Virus record (IMG/VR): IMGVR_UViG_2708742752_000007
Location: 1-64,000 of that record
DNA length: 64,000 bases
Strand: one strand, 5' to 3'
From: a virus
Lineage: Duplodnaviria; Caudoviricetes
Notes under the pieces: model-generated
Database searches by the model: none
Seen by the model: only the letters and a program-made list of their open reading frames with translations
What the model was told of the DNA's origin: nothing
Shown: positions 55,386 through 64,000 of the stretch, piece after piece
Layout: the number at the start of each line of letters is the position of its first letter
How positions within the stretch are numbered: the stretch's first letter is position 1
Program-made: the position numbers and the translations under genes

Positions 55386-56885
55386 GTGGCAAACCCACAA
55401 AACCCAGGCACCTTCGATTTCTGGATCACCGACCGGCTGGCCTTCCAAAATGCGCCGCCCCGGTCGGGTGATACAGGCACGTTCGACAACTGGGTTACAG
55501 ACAGGGTTTATTTCCAGGATTATGTCGAAGCTGCTGGCGAGGCATCCAGCAGCAGCTCGTCCAGCTCTTCGTCATCCAGCTCAAGTTCTTCCTCTAGTTC
55601 TAGTTCATCGAGTACTAGCTCGTCCAGTTCTTCATCATCCAGCTCCAGCAGCAGCTCGTCGTCCAGTTCTAGCTCATCTTCATCGAGTAGCTCAAGTACG
55701 TCGAGCAGCAGCAGTTCATCGAGTTCAAGTTCTAGCTCGTCGAGCACTAGTTCGTCTTCATCCAGTTCAAGCTCATCTTCGAGTAGTAGTAGCTCATCCA
55801 GTTCGTCGTCTTCGTCTAGCAGTAGCTCAAGCTCCTCAACGAGTTCATCTTCTAGTTCGAGCACAAGTTCCTCGTCTAGTAGTTCTAGTTCTTCATCTTC
55901 GTCCAGCAGCTCAAGTTCATCGTCGAGCTCGACTAGTAGCTCATCTTCATCGTCGAGCAGTAGTAGTTCGTCGTCGTCTAGCTCCAGTAGTTCCAGCTCA
56001 TCATCTAGCAGCAGTTCAAGTTCCAGCTCGTCGTCTAGCTCTAGCTCGACAAGCTCTAGCAGCTCTTCGAGTTCAAGCAGTAGCACTTCATCGTCGTCAT
56101 CTAGCTCGACTAGTAGTTCTAGTTCGAGTTCATCCAGCAGCTCTTCGTCGAGTAGCAGCAGCTCAAGTAGCTCAAGCTCGACTACCAGCTCATCGTCTAG
56201 CTCAAGCAGTTCCTCAAGTTCATCGTCTAGCAGTTCCAGTTCATCTTCATCCAGCAGCAGCTCGTCATCCTCAAGCTCGACCAGTAGCTCTAGCAGCACA
56301 TCTGAATCATCAAGTTCGTCGAGCAGCTCAAGTTCGAGTTCATCGAGTTCGAGCAGCAGCAGTTCCAGCTCATCATCCAGCTCCAGTTCGTCGAGCAGTA
56401 GCTCTACATCGTCCAGTAGTTCCAGCTCGTCATCTAGCTCAAGCAGTAGTAGTTCTAGCAGTAGTTCATCTTCGAGTTCGTCCATCTCAAGTAGCAGTTC
56501 GACTTCTATATCCAGCAGTTCCAGCTCGTCCAGCAGTAGCTCGTCATCGAGTAGCTCTTCAAGCTCATCTAGCAGTACATCTGTATCGTCGTCCAGCAGC
56601 AGCTCAAGCTCAGGCAGTAGTAGCTCGTCTTCGTCCAGCTCGTCTTGGTCATCCAGTAGTTCGAGTTCATCCAGCAGTATATCCAGCGTATCCTCGTCTT
56701 CGAGCAGCAGCTCGACTTCAATTTCAAGTTCAAGCAGCTCGATTAGTATCCAATACCAGCCTGATGCACTGGACTTCAACGTGACTATCTCACGCCTGAG
56801 TCTAGAATTCGACGTGGAGTGTGCGGATACACTGGACTTCGACGTAGAGTATACAGATACGCTGGACTTCAATGTAGAGAGGTAA
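55386..56885 (+). CDS. poly-serine protein (~400-aa Ser tract) with short repeated terminal motifs
   Basis: abuts flanking genes in operon; all six Ser codons used; duplicated GTFD.W.TDR N-terminus and LDFxVE C-terminal repeats. Confidence 0.85.
   Translation: MANPQNPGTFDFWITDRLAFQNAPPRSGDTGTFDNWVTDRVYFQDYVEAAGEASSSSSSSSSSSSSSSSSSSSSSSTSSSSSSSSSSSSSSSSSSSSSSSSSSSTSSSSSSSSSSSSSSSTSSSSSSSSSSSSSSSSSSSSSSSSSSSSSSTSSSSSSSTSSSSSSSSSSSSSSSSSSSSSSTSSSSSSSSSSSSSSSSSSSSSSSSSSSSSSSSSSSSSSTSSSSSSSSSSSTSSSSSSSTSSSSSSSSSSSSSSSSSSSSSSSTTSSSSSSSSSSSSSSSSSSSSSSSSSSSSSSSTSSSSSTSESSSSSSSSSSSSSSSSSSSSSSSSSSSSSSSSSTSSSSSSSSSSSSSSSSSSSSSSSSSISSSSSTSISSSSSSSSSSSSSSSSSSSSSSTSVSSSSSSSSSGSSSSSSSSSSWSSSSSSSSSSISSVSSSSSSSSTSISSSSSSISIQYQPDALDFNVTISRLSLEFDVECADTLDFDVEYTDTLDFNVER
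55545..56747 (+). repeat. poly-Ser coding tract, 401 codons
   Basis: mixed TCN/AGY codons with sparse Thr/Ile. Confidence 0.95.
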
Positions 56886-56889
56886 TTTT

Positions 56890-57204
56890 ATGGAAGCACA
56901 CCACAATGATATTGGTACGATCCTACGCCTGACGGTGCGCCGTCAGGATGGCAACGTGGAAAGCGGTCTGGGCTTGGCTACCAATCTATACATCTACCTG
57001 ACGCCGCCCAGTGGCGTAGATAAGACCAAGGCAGCCGTATTAAGCAGCAATGGATCTGACGGGAAAATGCAATACGTCACCGTGAATGGCGATCTGGATG
57101 AGACAGGCTCCTGGCAGATCCAGGGCTACATCAAGTTCAGCAATAGCCAGATATTCAAGACCAGCGTGCGCCAGTTCAACGTGCTGGCGAATTTGGTGCC
57201 GTAG
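56890..57204 (+). CDS. BppU N-terminal-like Ig-fold baseplate protein
   Basis: NDIGTILRLTV...DGKMQY...GDLDETGSWQIQGYI...FNV. Confidence 0.7.
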   Translation: MEAHHNDIGTILRLTVRRQDGNVESGLGLATNLYIYLTPPSGVDKTKAAVLSSNGSDGKMQYVTVNGDLDETGSWQIQGYIKFSNSQIFKTSVRQFNVLANLVP

Positions 57205-57207
57205 TAT

Positions 57208-59646
57208 ATGCCTATCATAAAAGCAAGTATCTGCTCACTTGATAACCTGCCTATCCTGAAAGAACAGGTCGAGATTCTAAGAGATGACCCCTTAATCAAC
57301 GAGATCATAGTTGTTATAAATGGGTCTATCGATGGCAGCCGTGAGTGGATTGCAACCCAAACAGGCTTAACAGTAATCAACATGGAAGAGAACAGAGGGG
57401 CCAGTGTTGGCAGAAACACCGGCATAGATACCGCAGGCAAATTTGATTACATTCTATTGCTAGATGGCGGAATTGTTCCATTGCGTGGTAGCATTGGGTA
57501 TATGCTTGACTATCTTGAAAAGCACCCTGAAGTAGATGTCATCTCACCAGAAATAGCCACATGTTTTTCTACGAATAGAGAAGAAGCCTGGAGACGCATG
57601 CCTGGCCCAATCGACGAGAGCACTTGCTTCCCACAACGCATGCTAAGTAGTACAGCCTATGCTCTATGTAGATTTAATGCATTTGATGGCATCAGATTTA
57701 CAGAAGAAGGCCCATATGGTAAATCTGGTTGGAAATGCGAAGACAACTGGATGGCTTTTGTCTGGAATGAAGCTGGCATCATCCACCACGATTTTGGCGG
57801 CATCAAAGCATATCGCAAGCAGTCTGGTTCTTTCGCCAGGCAATACAAAGAAACTGGCGTATATCCATCGCAGTATGGGTCTGTGTATGAACAAGCCCTG
57901 GTCTTGCTCTGGCAACGCTTCCCCCACCAATGGAACCAATGGAACACCTATCGTAACCCGGTCCTCGACGTATCCTGCGTGGTGTTGGGCTGGAACGAGT
58001 ATCCCATGTTTGCGCGTGCCATCAAGGCGCTGCACGACGAGCTGCACGATACGCCGCACGAGGTTATCTTTGTTGACAACGGCTCGACCGACAAAACGAA
58101 GTGGTGGCTGGACACTTTCGCCCTGCGCCAGCCCCACGGCGACACCACCATCGATGGCGAGACAGACGAGATATTGAGACGAGGTGAGCAGCTTGAATCC
58201 ATCTGGACAGGCAACGTTATCCGAGTGGACTTACCAACTAATATGGGTGCCGGTTACGGTTACAACGCTGGTTTTGAACATAGTAGAGGGAAGTATGTAT
58301 TCTATCTGTCGGGCGATATATTGCCCGTCCCAGGCAGTGTGCTTGGCCTCAAACGCTACCTCGACGAGCATCCCGACGTTGATTACGTAGCCGCCAATGC
58401 CTGGTGCAGTCAGGACCAGAGTGAGCAGGTCGAGTTCTCGCCCGCGAGCTACGAGGGCCTACCTGCCATGGGTTTAGGCAATTATGCCTTTTGCTACGCC
58501 ATGATACGCAGGCGAGTGATCGACGCGGGCGTGCGCATGGGCGACCAGGGGCCATTTGCCGGACCTGGCTGCGGCTTCGAGGATGCCGAGTTCGCCAACC
58601 AGATGTATGAGAAGAGTTTCCGTGGCTTCGTCTTCAACCAGCCCGCTTACTACCACCAGCGACGCGACTTCAAGAGAAGCGGGCTTGTCCCCACCGAGGC
58701 AGATTGGGCAAGCGAGTCCAAAATCAGACTCGCACTTGACGAGCGCCGCCAGTGGCTATGGACGCGCTGGCCCAAGAGCAATTTTGCCATCCTGCACTAT
58801 CACGACCAGCCGCCAGCGCGCCACATCAGGAAGGTTGCCGTCGTGTGGCAGGCAGTCGAGAACCAGCCGGGGCCAGGTGGGCACTTGCTGGCGGCTTTGC
58901 AAAGTATATGCCAGGCCGATCACTTCAACCCTGGCGACGAGCCAGAAGGCTACGATAACTACGTCTACGTAGACGATGGGCCGAGCAGCTACCTGGAGCC
59001 GCTGCGCCGACCGGCCTACTTCTGGGCCATTGACATGATCCTGCCCCACCAGACGTGGAGGCAGGCACCTGAGACCTACCTGGAACGCGCCCGCCATTTC
59101 GATAAGACCTTTGCCGCGCAGCCATGTGCAGTGGAGTATTTCAAGGAACGCGGTATCGATGCCGAGTGGCTGCCACTGGCGGCTAACCCGGACTATCACA
59201 AGCCTTATGATGAAACTAAGGATTATGATTGGATCGCCCTATGGCACAACACGGGCTTGCGGGTGGACTATGCCCAACTGGCGATCTTCAACTTCCCGCG
59301 TGGCTACGTGGGCTATGCGCCAGGCGAAGCCTACAGTCAGTATCTATCACGGGCTCGCTGTGCGCTCAACCTGAGCCGGTCAGACGAACTAAACCTGCGC
59401 GTGTTCGAGGTCATGGCAACCGGCGTGCCATTGATTACAGACCGGGCCAGGGGAGTAGATACGCTGTTCGCGGAGAACGAGCACTACCTGGGCTTCTCCA
59501 ACAGCGACGAGGTGCTGGCGCAGATAGCCTGGGTGATCGGGCACCCTGGTGAAGCCGAACTCATGGCGACCAGGGCCAGGCAATTGGTTCTGGATAAGCA
59601 CACCTATTATCAGCGCACGTTACAAATATTTGGCAGGCAGGAGTAA
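57208..59646 (+). CDS. triple-domain glycosyltransferase (GT2 + GT2 + CgeB-like GT-B)
   Basis: INGSIDGS...GRNTG; VDNGSTD...GYNAG; WLPLAA...LNLRVFEVMATG...HTYYQR. Confidence 0.85.
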   Translation: MPIIKASICSLDNLPILKEQVEILRDDPLINEIIVVINGSIDGSREWIATQTGLTVINMEENRGASVGRNTGIDTAGKFDYILLLDGGIVPLRGSIGYMLDYLEKHPEVDVISPEIATCFSTNREEAWRRMPGPIDESTCFPQRMLSSTAYALCRFNAFDGIRFTEEGPYGKSGWKCEDNWMAFVWNEAGIIHHDFGGIKAYRKQSGSFARQYKETGVYPSQYGSVYEQALVLLWQRFPHQWNQWNTYRNPVLDVSCVVLGWNEYPMFARAIKALHDELHDTPHEVIFVDNGSTDKTKWWLDTFALRQPHGDTTIDGETDEILRRGEQLESIWTGNVIRVDLPTNMGAGYGYNAGFEHSRGKYVFYLSGDILPVPGSVLGLKRYLDEHPDVDYVAANAWCSQDQSEQVEFSPASYEGLPAMGLGNYAFCYAMIRRRVIDAGVRMGDQGPFAGPGCGFEDAEFANQMYEKSFRGFVFNQPAYYHQRRDFKRSGLVPTEADWASESKIRLALDERRQWLWTRWPKSNFAILHYHDQPPARHIRKVAVVWQAVENQPGPGGHLLAALQSICQADHFNPGDEPEGYDNYVYVDDGPSSYLEPLRRPAYFWAIDMILPHQTWRQAPETYLERARHFDKTFAAQPCAVEYFKERGIDAEWLPLAANPDYHKPYDETKDYDWIALWHNTGLRVDYAQLAIFNFPRGYVGYAPGEAYSQYLSRARCALNLSRSDELNLRVFEVMATGVPLITDRARGVDTLFAENEHYLGFSNSDEVLAQIAWVIGHPGEAELMATRARQLVLDKHTYYQRTLQIFGRQE

Positions 59647-62600
59647 ATGCCCCCCAGTGTAACCGCCGTATTTGACGCCAACAGCGAAGGAACCCTTGTT
59701 GCCAGCCTGACTATTTCGGGCGTGACCACCTCTGGCAGCAACCGCCAATTGTTGGTCGGGGTAGCTATCCGGTCTGATTCGTCTACGATCAGTGGCGTGA
59801 CGCGGGGAGCCGAGACTTTTACCAGCCTGGGCAATGCCGCCAGCGGCTCGCTGTTGCGGGTGTATCTATTCCGCTGTGACAGTGAGCCAGCCACGGCGGC
59901 CACGGACATAGTGTGTACCGTCAGCGGTGCAGATCGCCCGGTAGCCGCCAGCGCTGTGGCATTACAAGATGTACACCAGACCACGCCGTATGGCACTGCC
60001 GCTACTGCCGCTACTGCCAGCGACGTAGGTCTATCTGTATCGCCTGGCAGCGCCCTGGGCGACCTGATCATAGACGTGCTGACCACCCATGCCAATGCGA
60101 CTGCGCATGCCACCACTCAATCTGGACAGAATATCGAGGTCAGCAACCCGGCAGGCAGCGATGCGGCTACACGTATGGACGAGTACCAGTCCAGCCGCGC
60201 CGGTGCAGCAGGCAATACCACCATGGGCTGGTCGTGGACTACCGCCACAGAAGGCGGCCTGGTAGGTGTGGCAGTCAAGCCATCTGAGGCATCCTCCAGC
60301 AGCAGCTCGTCCAGCTCATCTTCGACTTCGAGTAGCTCGTCTTCGTCCAGCTCGTCCTCCAGCTCGTCTACTACTTCGTCATCATCATCGTCGCTGCCGC
60401 CCTCCGCTTACCCGGTCATCATCGACCACGAGGAAGGTGATTTCACCGATTACGACTCGACTGTAACCGACGGCGGGCGATTGCAGGTCACAGCCGCCGC
60501 TGCTATGGTCAGTCTATACGGACTGTCGGTGCCCACTGATGGCGACACGGATGCTATTTATGGACACAAGGACATGCCCACCCTGTCCACCGGGCTGGTG
60601 CGCTGCCGTTTTTACTTCGACCCTAACAGCACAGCCACCATCGGCGAGTTCTCGGATATACCCATCCTGGAGCTTAACAGTGCAGCCGGGCGGGTGGCGT
60701 CGGTCACATACCGCGTCACCAGCTCAGCAACTCGCAGTGTGCGTGCCACTATCGTGAACGACGCGGGCACGCCCAGCCTGACCGCCCTGATCACCATCAC
60801 CGACGCGCAGCATTATATCGAGATCAGGCTGGAACGGGCCGCTGATTCCGGTAGCAGCGACGGGCGTGTCGATATTTGGGTAGACGGTGCCGGGCTACAA
60901 AGCGTGACGGGCATCGACAACTACGACAGGTTCGACGACCTGGATAGCCTGCGGGCGGGCGCACTGGCGGATCAGGGTGGCGACCCGCTGAGCGGCACCC
61001 TGTACATCGACGAGATCGTGGTGTCTGACGAAGATGTCGAGATAGGGCCGGTTTATGACTGGCAGGTATCAGCCGATTCAGATGATTGTTACGACACTGA
61101 CTCGGCTGGATTCTACCTGGGTGGCTACGAAGGCTTAATTTACCTGGGGAACTCTATCTCTGGCGGGAATGACGCTGGTGGTTTCAGATTCCAGAATATA
61201 ACCATACCCAATAGCTCAACCATCAATTCAGCAACATTGCAAGTCTACTCAACAGGCAGCATAGTCGGTACACCAGAAACTAAAATCGTAGCCGAAGCTG
61301 CTGACAATCCTGGACCTTGGGCCGGTAGCACACACGAGCCCATCGGCATCAGTGAAACCACAGCCAAAGTAGATTGGGATATAGCTTCATGGACAAGTGG
61401 CTGGCGTATTTCGCCAGACATCGCAACTGTTATTCAGGAGATTGTCAATCGTGCTGGTTGGTCGAGCGGCAACGCTATATGCCTGGTAGTGCGTAACGAT
61501 GGTTCCAGTAGTGAGGAGTGCGAATTATATGACTACACTGGCAATAATGCACTGACTGCCAGATTAAGTATTAGTTATACGGAGCCCAGCAGCTCGTCGT
61601 CAAGCTCATCTTCGACCAGCAGCACATCGTCCAGTACGAGTTCGTCGTCGAGTAGCAGTTCATCCAGTTCGAGTTCATCTAGCAGCTCGTCGTCGAGCAG
61701 CAGCAGCTCAAGCTCGTCGAGTTCGTCAAGTACAAGTAGCAGCTCGTCGAGCAGTTCCAGCTCGTCGTCATCCAGTTCTTCATCGTCGAGTAGTAGCAGC
61801 TCGTCCAGCTCGTCTACTACTACTTCTTCTTCGTCGTCCATACCGCCATGCGTCAGCCCGGTCTACAAAGACGATGCCAACCTGCAAGGCTTGTGGCTGT
61901 TGGAGGAGGCCAGCGGTACGCGCTATGACTACACGCCCAACAACAACGATTTAACCGACGCCGCTTCGGTGGCCCAATCTGCTGACCATAAGGAAGGCAG
62001 CTACAGCGCCGATTTCGAGGCTGGCGACGTAGATTACCTGGAGATCGCCGACGCAGCCCAGGTCGGGCTGGACATCACGGGCAATCTGACCATCTGCTGC
62101 TGGTTCAAGGCGGAGAGTTTCCCACAAGACAGGCAAATCCCGGTTTCCAAGATGGGTGCATCGAGTCAATTCGGTTATGGATTATATATTGACCGCAATA
62201 TCACAGATCGCCTGTTGGTAGCTCAACTTTCCGGCGATGGCAGCAGTACCAGCTCGGCCATAGGAGCAACCAGCCTCAGTGCGGAGACGTGGCATCACGT
62301 CGCCATGGTTTACAACGGCACAGATATTCGCATCTACCTCAACGGCGTGCTGGACGAGAACGGCGCGTCAAACCCACTGAGTTATTCGTCCGGTATTTAC
62401 AATAACAATGCCGCCTTCCAGATCGGGCGTAGCGTGGGCGATGGCGACAGCTATACCTTTGACGGCCTGATCGACGAGGTGGCTGTCTTTGACCGGGCCT
62501 TGTCGGCTGACGAGATCATGTGCATCTATCTGAACGGTATCGAAGACCCGATACCCAGTAGTAGTTCATCGTCGTCTTCGAGTAGCAGCTCATCTTCATC

Positions 62601-64000
62601 GTCAAGCAGCTCGTCTACTACCAGCAGCTCGTCTTCGTCCAGCTCCAGCTCGTCCTCCAGCTCGTCGTCAAGCTCGTCTTCGACCAGCAGCACATCGTCC
62701 AGTACGAGTTCGTCGTCCAGTAGCAGCTCAAGCTCGTCGAGTTCGTCCAGTTCCAGTTCGTCCAGCAGCACGTCATCGAGTTCAAGTTCAAGCAGTAGCT
62801 CGTCGTCGTCCAGCAGTTCAAGCTCAAGCAGCAGCTCGTCGTCGAGCAGCAGCAGCTCCAGCTCTTCGTCGTCATCCAGCTCCAGTAGTTCTAGCTCATC
62901 ATCCTCCAGCTCATCTACAAGTTCTTCATCTTCGAGCAGTAGCTCGTCGTCTACCAGTAGCTCATCTTCGTCCACGTCCACACAGACCAGCTCCAGCTCG
63001 ACTTCGAGTAGCTCGTCGAGCTCTACGTCCATCTCGTCGAGCTCGTCCAGCACCACATCCAGCAGCTCGTCCAGCACCAGCAGCTCGACTTCGAGCAGTA
63101 GCTCGTCCAGCTCGCAATCGTCTTCGTCCACATCCAGCTCAACTTCCAGCTCGTCGAGTAGCATATCCAGCTCGTCGTCGTCAAGCAGTACGTCCATCTC
63201 CGTGCCACCCGTGGCCCACCCGGTCCACATCGCCCGACCCATCCTGGAAATCTACGATCACGCGGGTAAGCAGTTCCGCATGCACGACGCCACTGCCATC
63301 AAGTACAGCAACCACTACTCGGAAGAGGGCTCCGGCTACGGTTACTTAGCCTTCAACCTCAAGCGCAAGGTGGGCTACGACTACCAGGACATCGGCTTCG
63401 GCTACCGCGCCATACTGCGCAAGGGCATCAACATGGTCCTGTTCGACGGCGTGATCGTCAAGATCGACGAGACACACGGCGGCGAGGGCGACCAGATCGT
63501 GGTCGGCTGTGTGGGCTGGAATAGCTTGCTGGCCTTCGACGTGAAGAACTTCATATTGAGTGATAGCCGCCTCAACCGCTGGCTGGGCTCACAGGTGGTA
63601 TCGGGCTCGTTCACGCCCGACAAATTCGACGCCAACAACTCGTGGACGGTAGACGACGTGAGCTACAGCGGGCTACAATTCAAGCCACGCCGAGGCAGCG
63701 ACTATATAGAGGATGACTACACCTACTTGCGCTACACTTTCGAGTTCGGCGAGACGGTAGCCAAATTAAGCTACGACTGGGAAACGGCCTTTCCCAACTC
63801 GTGGCCGGGCAAGTTCGAGGTGCTCGATGCGAATGGTACGGTGCTGCACTCGGAGACTGTCACCGGCTCAGGCAGCAAGACGCTTTCCATCTCCGGCGGC
63901 AATCACGTCGAAATCCGCATGTACGTGACGCAGGCAGGCGAGAGCACCGCCGAGGATAACACGGTGTACATCAGGTTGCAGAACGTGATAGTCTATTCCA
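59647..64000 (+). CDS. multidomain tail-tip protein: adhesin-like domains, LamG, three poly-Ser linkers and a Tal/hub-like domain (partial, at least 1451 aa)
   Basis: ATG immediately after the TAA of the GT gene; frame is open to the window end (absent from ORF track); LamG motif WHHVAMVYNG...IYLNG...GLIDEVAVFDRALS. Confidence 0.85.
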   Translation, partial: MPPSVTAVFDANSEGTLVASLTISGVTTSGSNRQLLVGVAIRSDSSTISGVTRGAETFTSLGNAASGSLLRVYLFRCDSEPATAATDIVCTVSGADRPVAASAVALQDVHQTTPYGTAATAATASDVGLSVSPGSALGDLIIDVLTTHANATAHATTQSGQNIEVSNPAGSDAATRMDEYQSSRAGAAGNTTMGWSWTTATEGGLVGVAVKPSEASSSSSSSSSSSTSSSSSSSSSSSSSSTTSSSSSSLPPSAYPVIIDHEEGDFTDYDSTVTDGGRLQVTAAAAMVSLYGLSVPTDGDTDAIYGHKDMPTLSTGLVRCRFYFDPNSTATIGEFSDIPILELNSAAGRVASVTYRVTSSATRSVRATIVNDAGTPSLTALITITDAQHYIEIRLERAADSGSSDGRVDIWVDGAGLQSVTGIDNYDRFDDLDSLRAGALADQGGDPLSGTLYIDEIVVSDEDVEIGPVYDWQVSADSDDCYDTDSAGFYLGGYEGLIYLGNSISGGNDAGGFRFQNITIPNSSTINSATLQVYSTGSIVGTPETKIVAEAADNPGPWAGSTHEPIGISETTAKVDWDIASWTSGWRISPDIATVIQEIVNRAGWSSGNAICLVVRNDGSSSEECELYDYTGNNALTARLSISYTEPSSSSSSSSSTSSTSSSTSSSSSSSSSSSSSSSSSSSSSSSSSSSSSSSTSSSSSSSSSSSSSSSSSSSSSSSSSSSTTTSSSSSIPPCVSPVYKDDANLQGLWLLEEASGTRYDYTPNNNDLTDAASVAQSADHKEGSYSADFEAGDVDYLEIADAAQVGLDITGNLTICCWFKAESFPQDRQIPVSKMGASSQFGYGLYIDRNITDRLLVAQLSGDGSSTSSAIGATSLSAETWHHVAMVYNGTDIRIYLNGVLDENGASNPLSYSSGIYNNNAAFQIGRSVGDGDSYTFDGLIDEVAVFDRALSADEIMCIYLNGIEDPIPSSSSSSSSSSSSSSSSSSSSTTSSSSSSSSSSSSSSSSSSSSTSSTSSSTSSSSSSSSSSSSSSSSSSSSSTSSSSSSSSSSSSSSSSSSSSSSSSSSSSSSSSSSSSSSSSSSSSSSSSTSSSSSSSSSSSTSSSSSSTSTQTSSSSTSSSSSSSTSISSSSSSTTSSSSSSTSSSTSSSSSSSSQSSSSTSSSTSSSSSSISSSSSSSSTSISVPPVAHPVHIARPILEIYDHAGKQFRMHDATAIKYSNHYSEEGSGYGYLAFNLKRKVGYDYQDIGFGYRAILRKGINMVLFDGVIVKIDETHGGEGDQIVVGCVGWNSLLAFDVKNFILSDSRLNRWLGSQVVSGSFTPDKFDANNSWTVDDVSYSGLQFKPRRGSDYIEDDYTYLRYTFEFGETVAKLSYDWETAFPNSWPGKFEVLDANGTVLHSETVTGSGSKTLSISGGNHVEIRMYVTQAGESTAEDNTVYIRLQNVIVYS
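60292..60393 (+). repeat. poly-Ser linker 1 (34 codons)
   Basis: direct translation. Confidence 0.9.
61588..61839 (+). repeat. poly-Ser linker 2 (84 codons)
   Basis: direct translation. Confidence 0.9.
62557..63201 (+). repeat. poly-Ser linker 3 (215 codons)
   Basis: direct translation. Confidence 0.9.

Noticed and set aside
55545-56747. Tract as a simple microsatellite, CRISPR array or assembly collapse
   Set aside because: No constant repeat-spacer unit and no long perfect repeat; codons are heterogeneous but nearly all Ser
55366-56784. Alternative-frame Ala/Arg/His/Val-rich 472-aa ORF
   Set aside because: Frame-shifted read of the poly-Ser tract; the Ser frame abuts its neighbours and has structured termini
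55520-56872. Minus-strand 450-aa Asp/Glu/Leu ORF (also 61575..61841 and 62526..63242)
   Set aside because: Antisense shadows of Ser codons; opposite to the operon and without a convincing SD
1-64000. tRNA/rRNA genes, integrase, DNA polymerase, endolysin, reverse transcriptase/DGR, stop-codon reassignment
   Set aside because: None recognisable by eye in this window; long genes read through cleanly in code 11. They may lie outside the window, and tRNAscan/HMM searches would be needed to exclude them

Overview
This window is part of a tailed (siphovirus-type) bacteriophage genome, using the standard genetic code. The host is probably Terrabacteria, most likely Chloroflexi; this is inferred from GAAC-N4-GTTC LexA-type boxes, a sortase, and a Pro/Thr-rich lipoprotein. 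Positions 1-6940 hold a leftward block of tiny early genes separated by terminator+hairpin units. Positions 6941-7752 are non-coding, repeat-rich and G-skewed (possible genome end or origin). Positions 7753-15729 are a leftward middle operon (DUF551, DUF2227, FtsK-like ATPase, LexA-type HTH, RecU-like resolvase, HNH). From a divergent promoter pair at about 15.76-15.85 kb, a rightward late region encodes TerS, TerL and a DUF935-type portal fused to an HExxH protease domain. A roughly 11-kb glycan-modification island follows (methyltransferases, sulfatase-like enzyme, glycosyltransferases, lipoprotein, sortase). Next come a Com-like zinc finger, Mu-like protease/scaffold, decoration protein, major capsid, neck and tail genes, a -1 frameshift chaperone, a 2584-aa tape measure and an evolved Dit. 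The most striking part is the tail-tip module (51.9-64 kb). Glycosyltransferases and a methyltransferase are interleaved there with a beta-helix protein, a protein that is about 400 residues of near-pure serine, and a gene of at least 1451 aa missing from the ORF track. In that gene, adhesin/LamG-like domains are joined by three poly-Ser tracts to a Tal/hub-like domain. This suggests a phage-encoded mucin/SRR-like system that O-glycosylates serine-rich virion filaments. Other candidates are a Com-like regulon at GAGAGCC motifs, an anti-Shine-Dalgarno small RNA, and an anomalous terminase start. All family calls come from reading motifs by eye, not from database searches.
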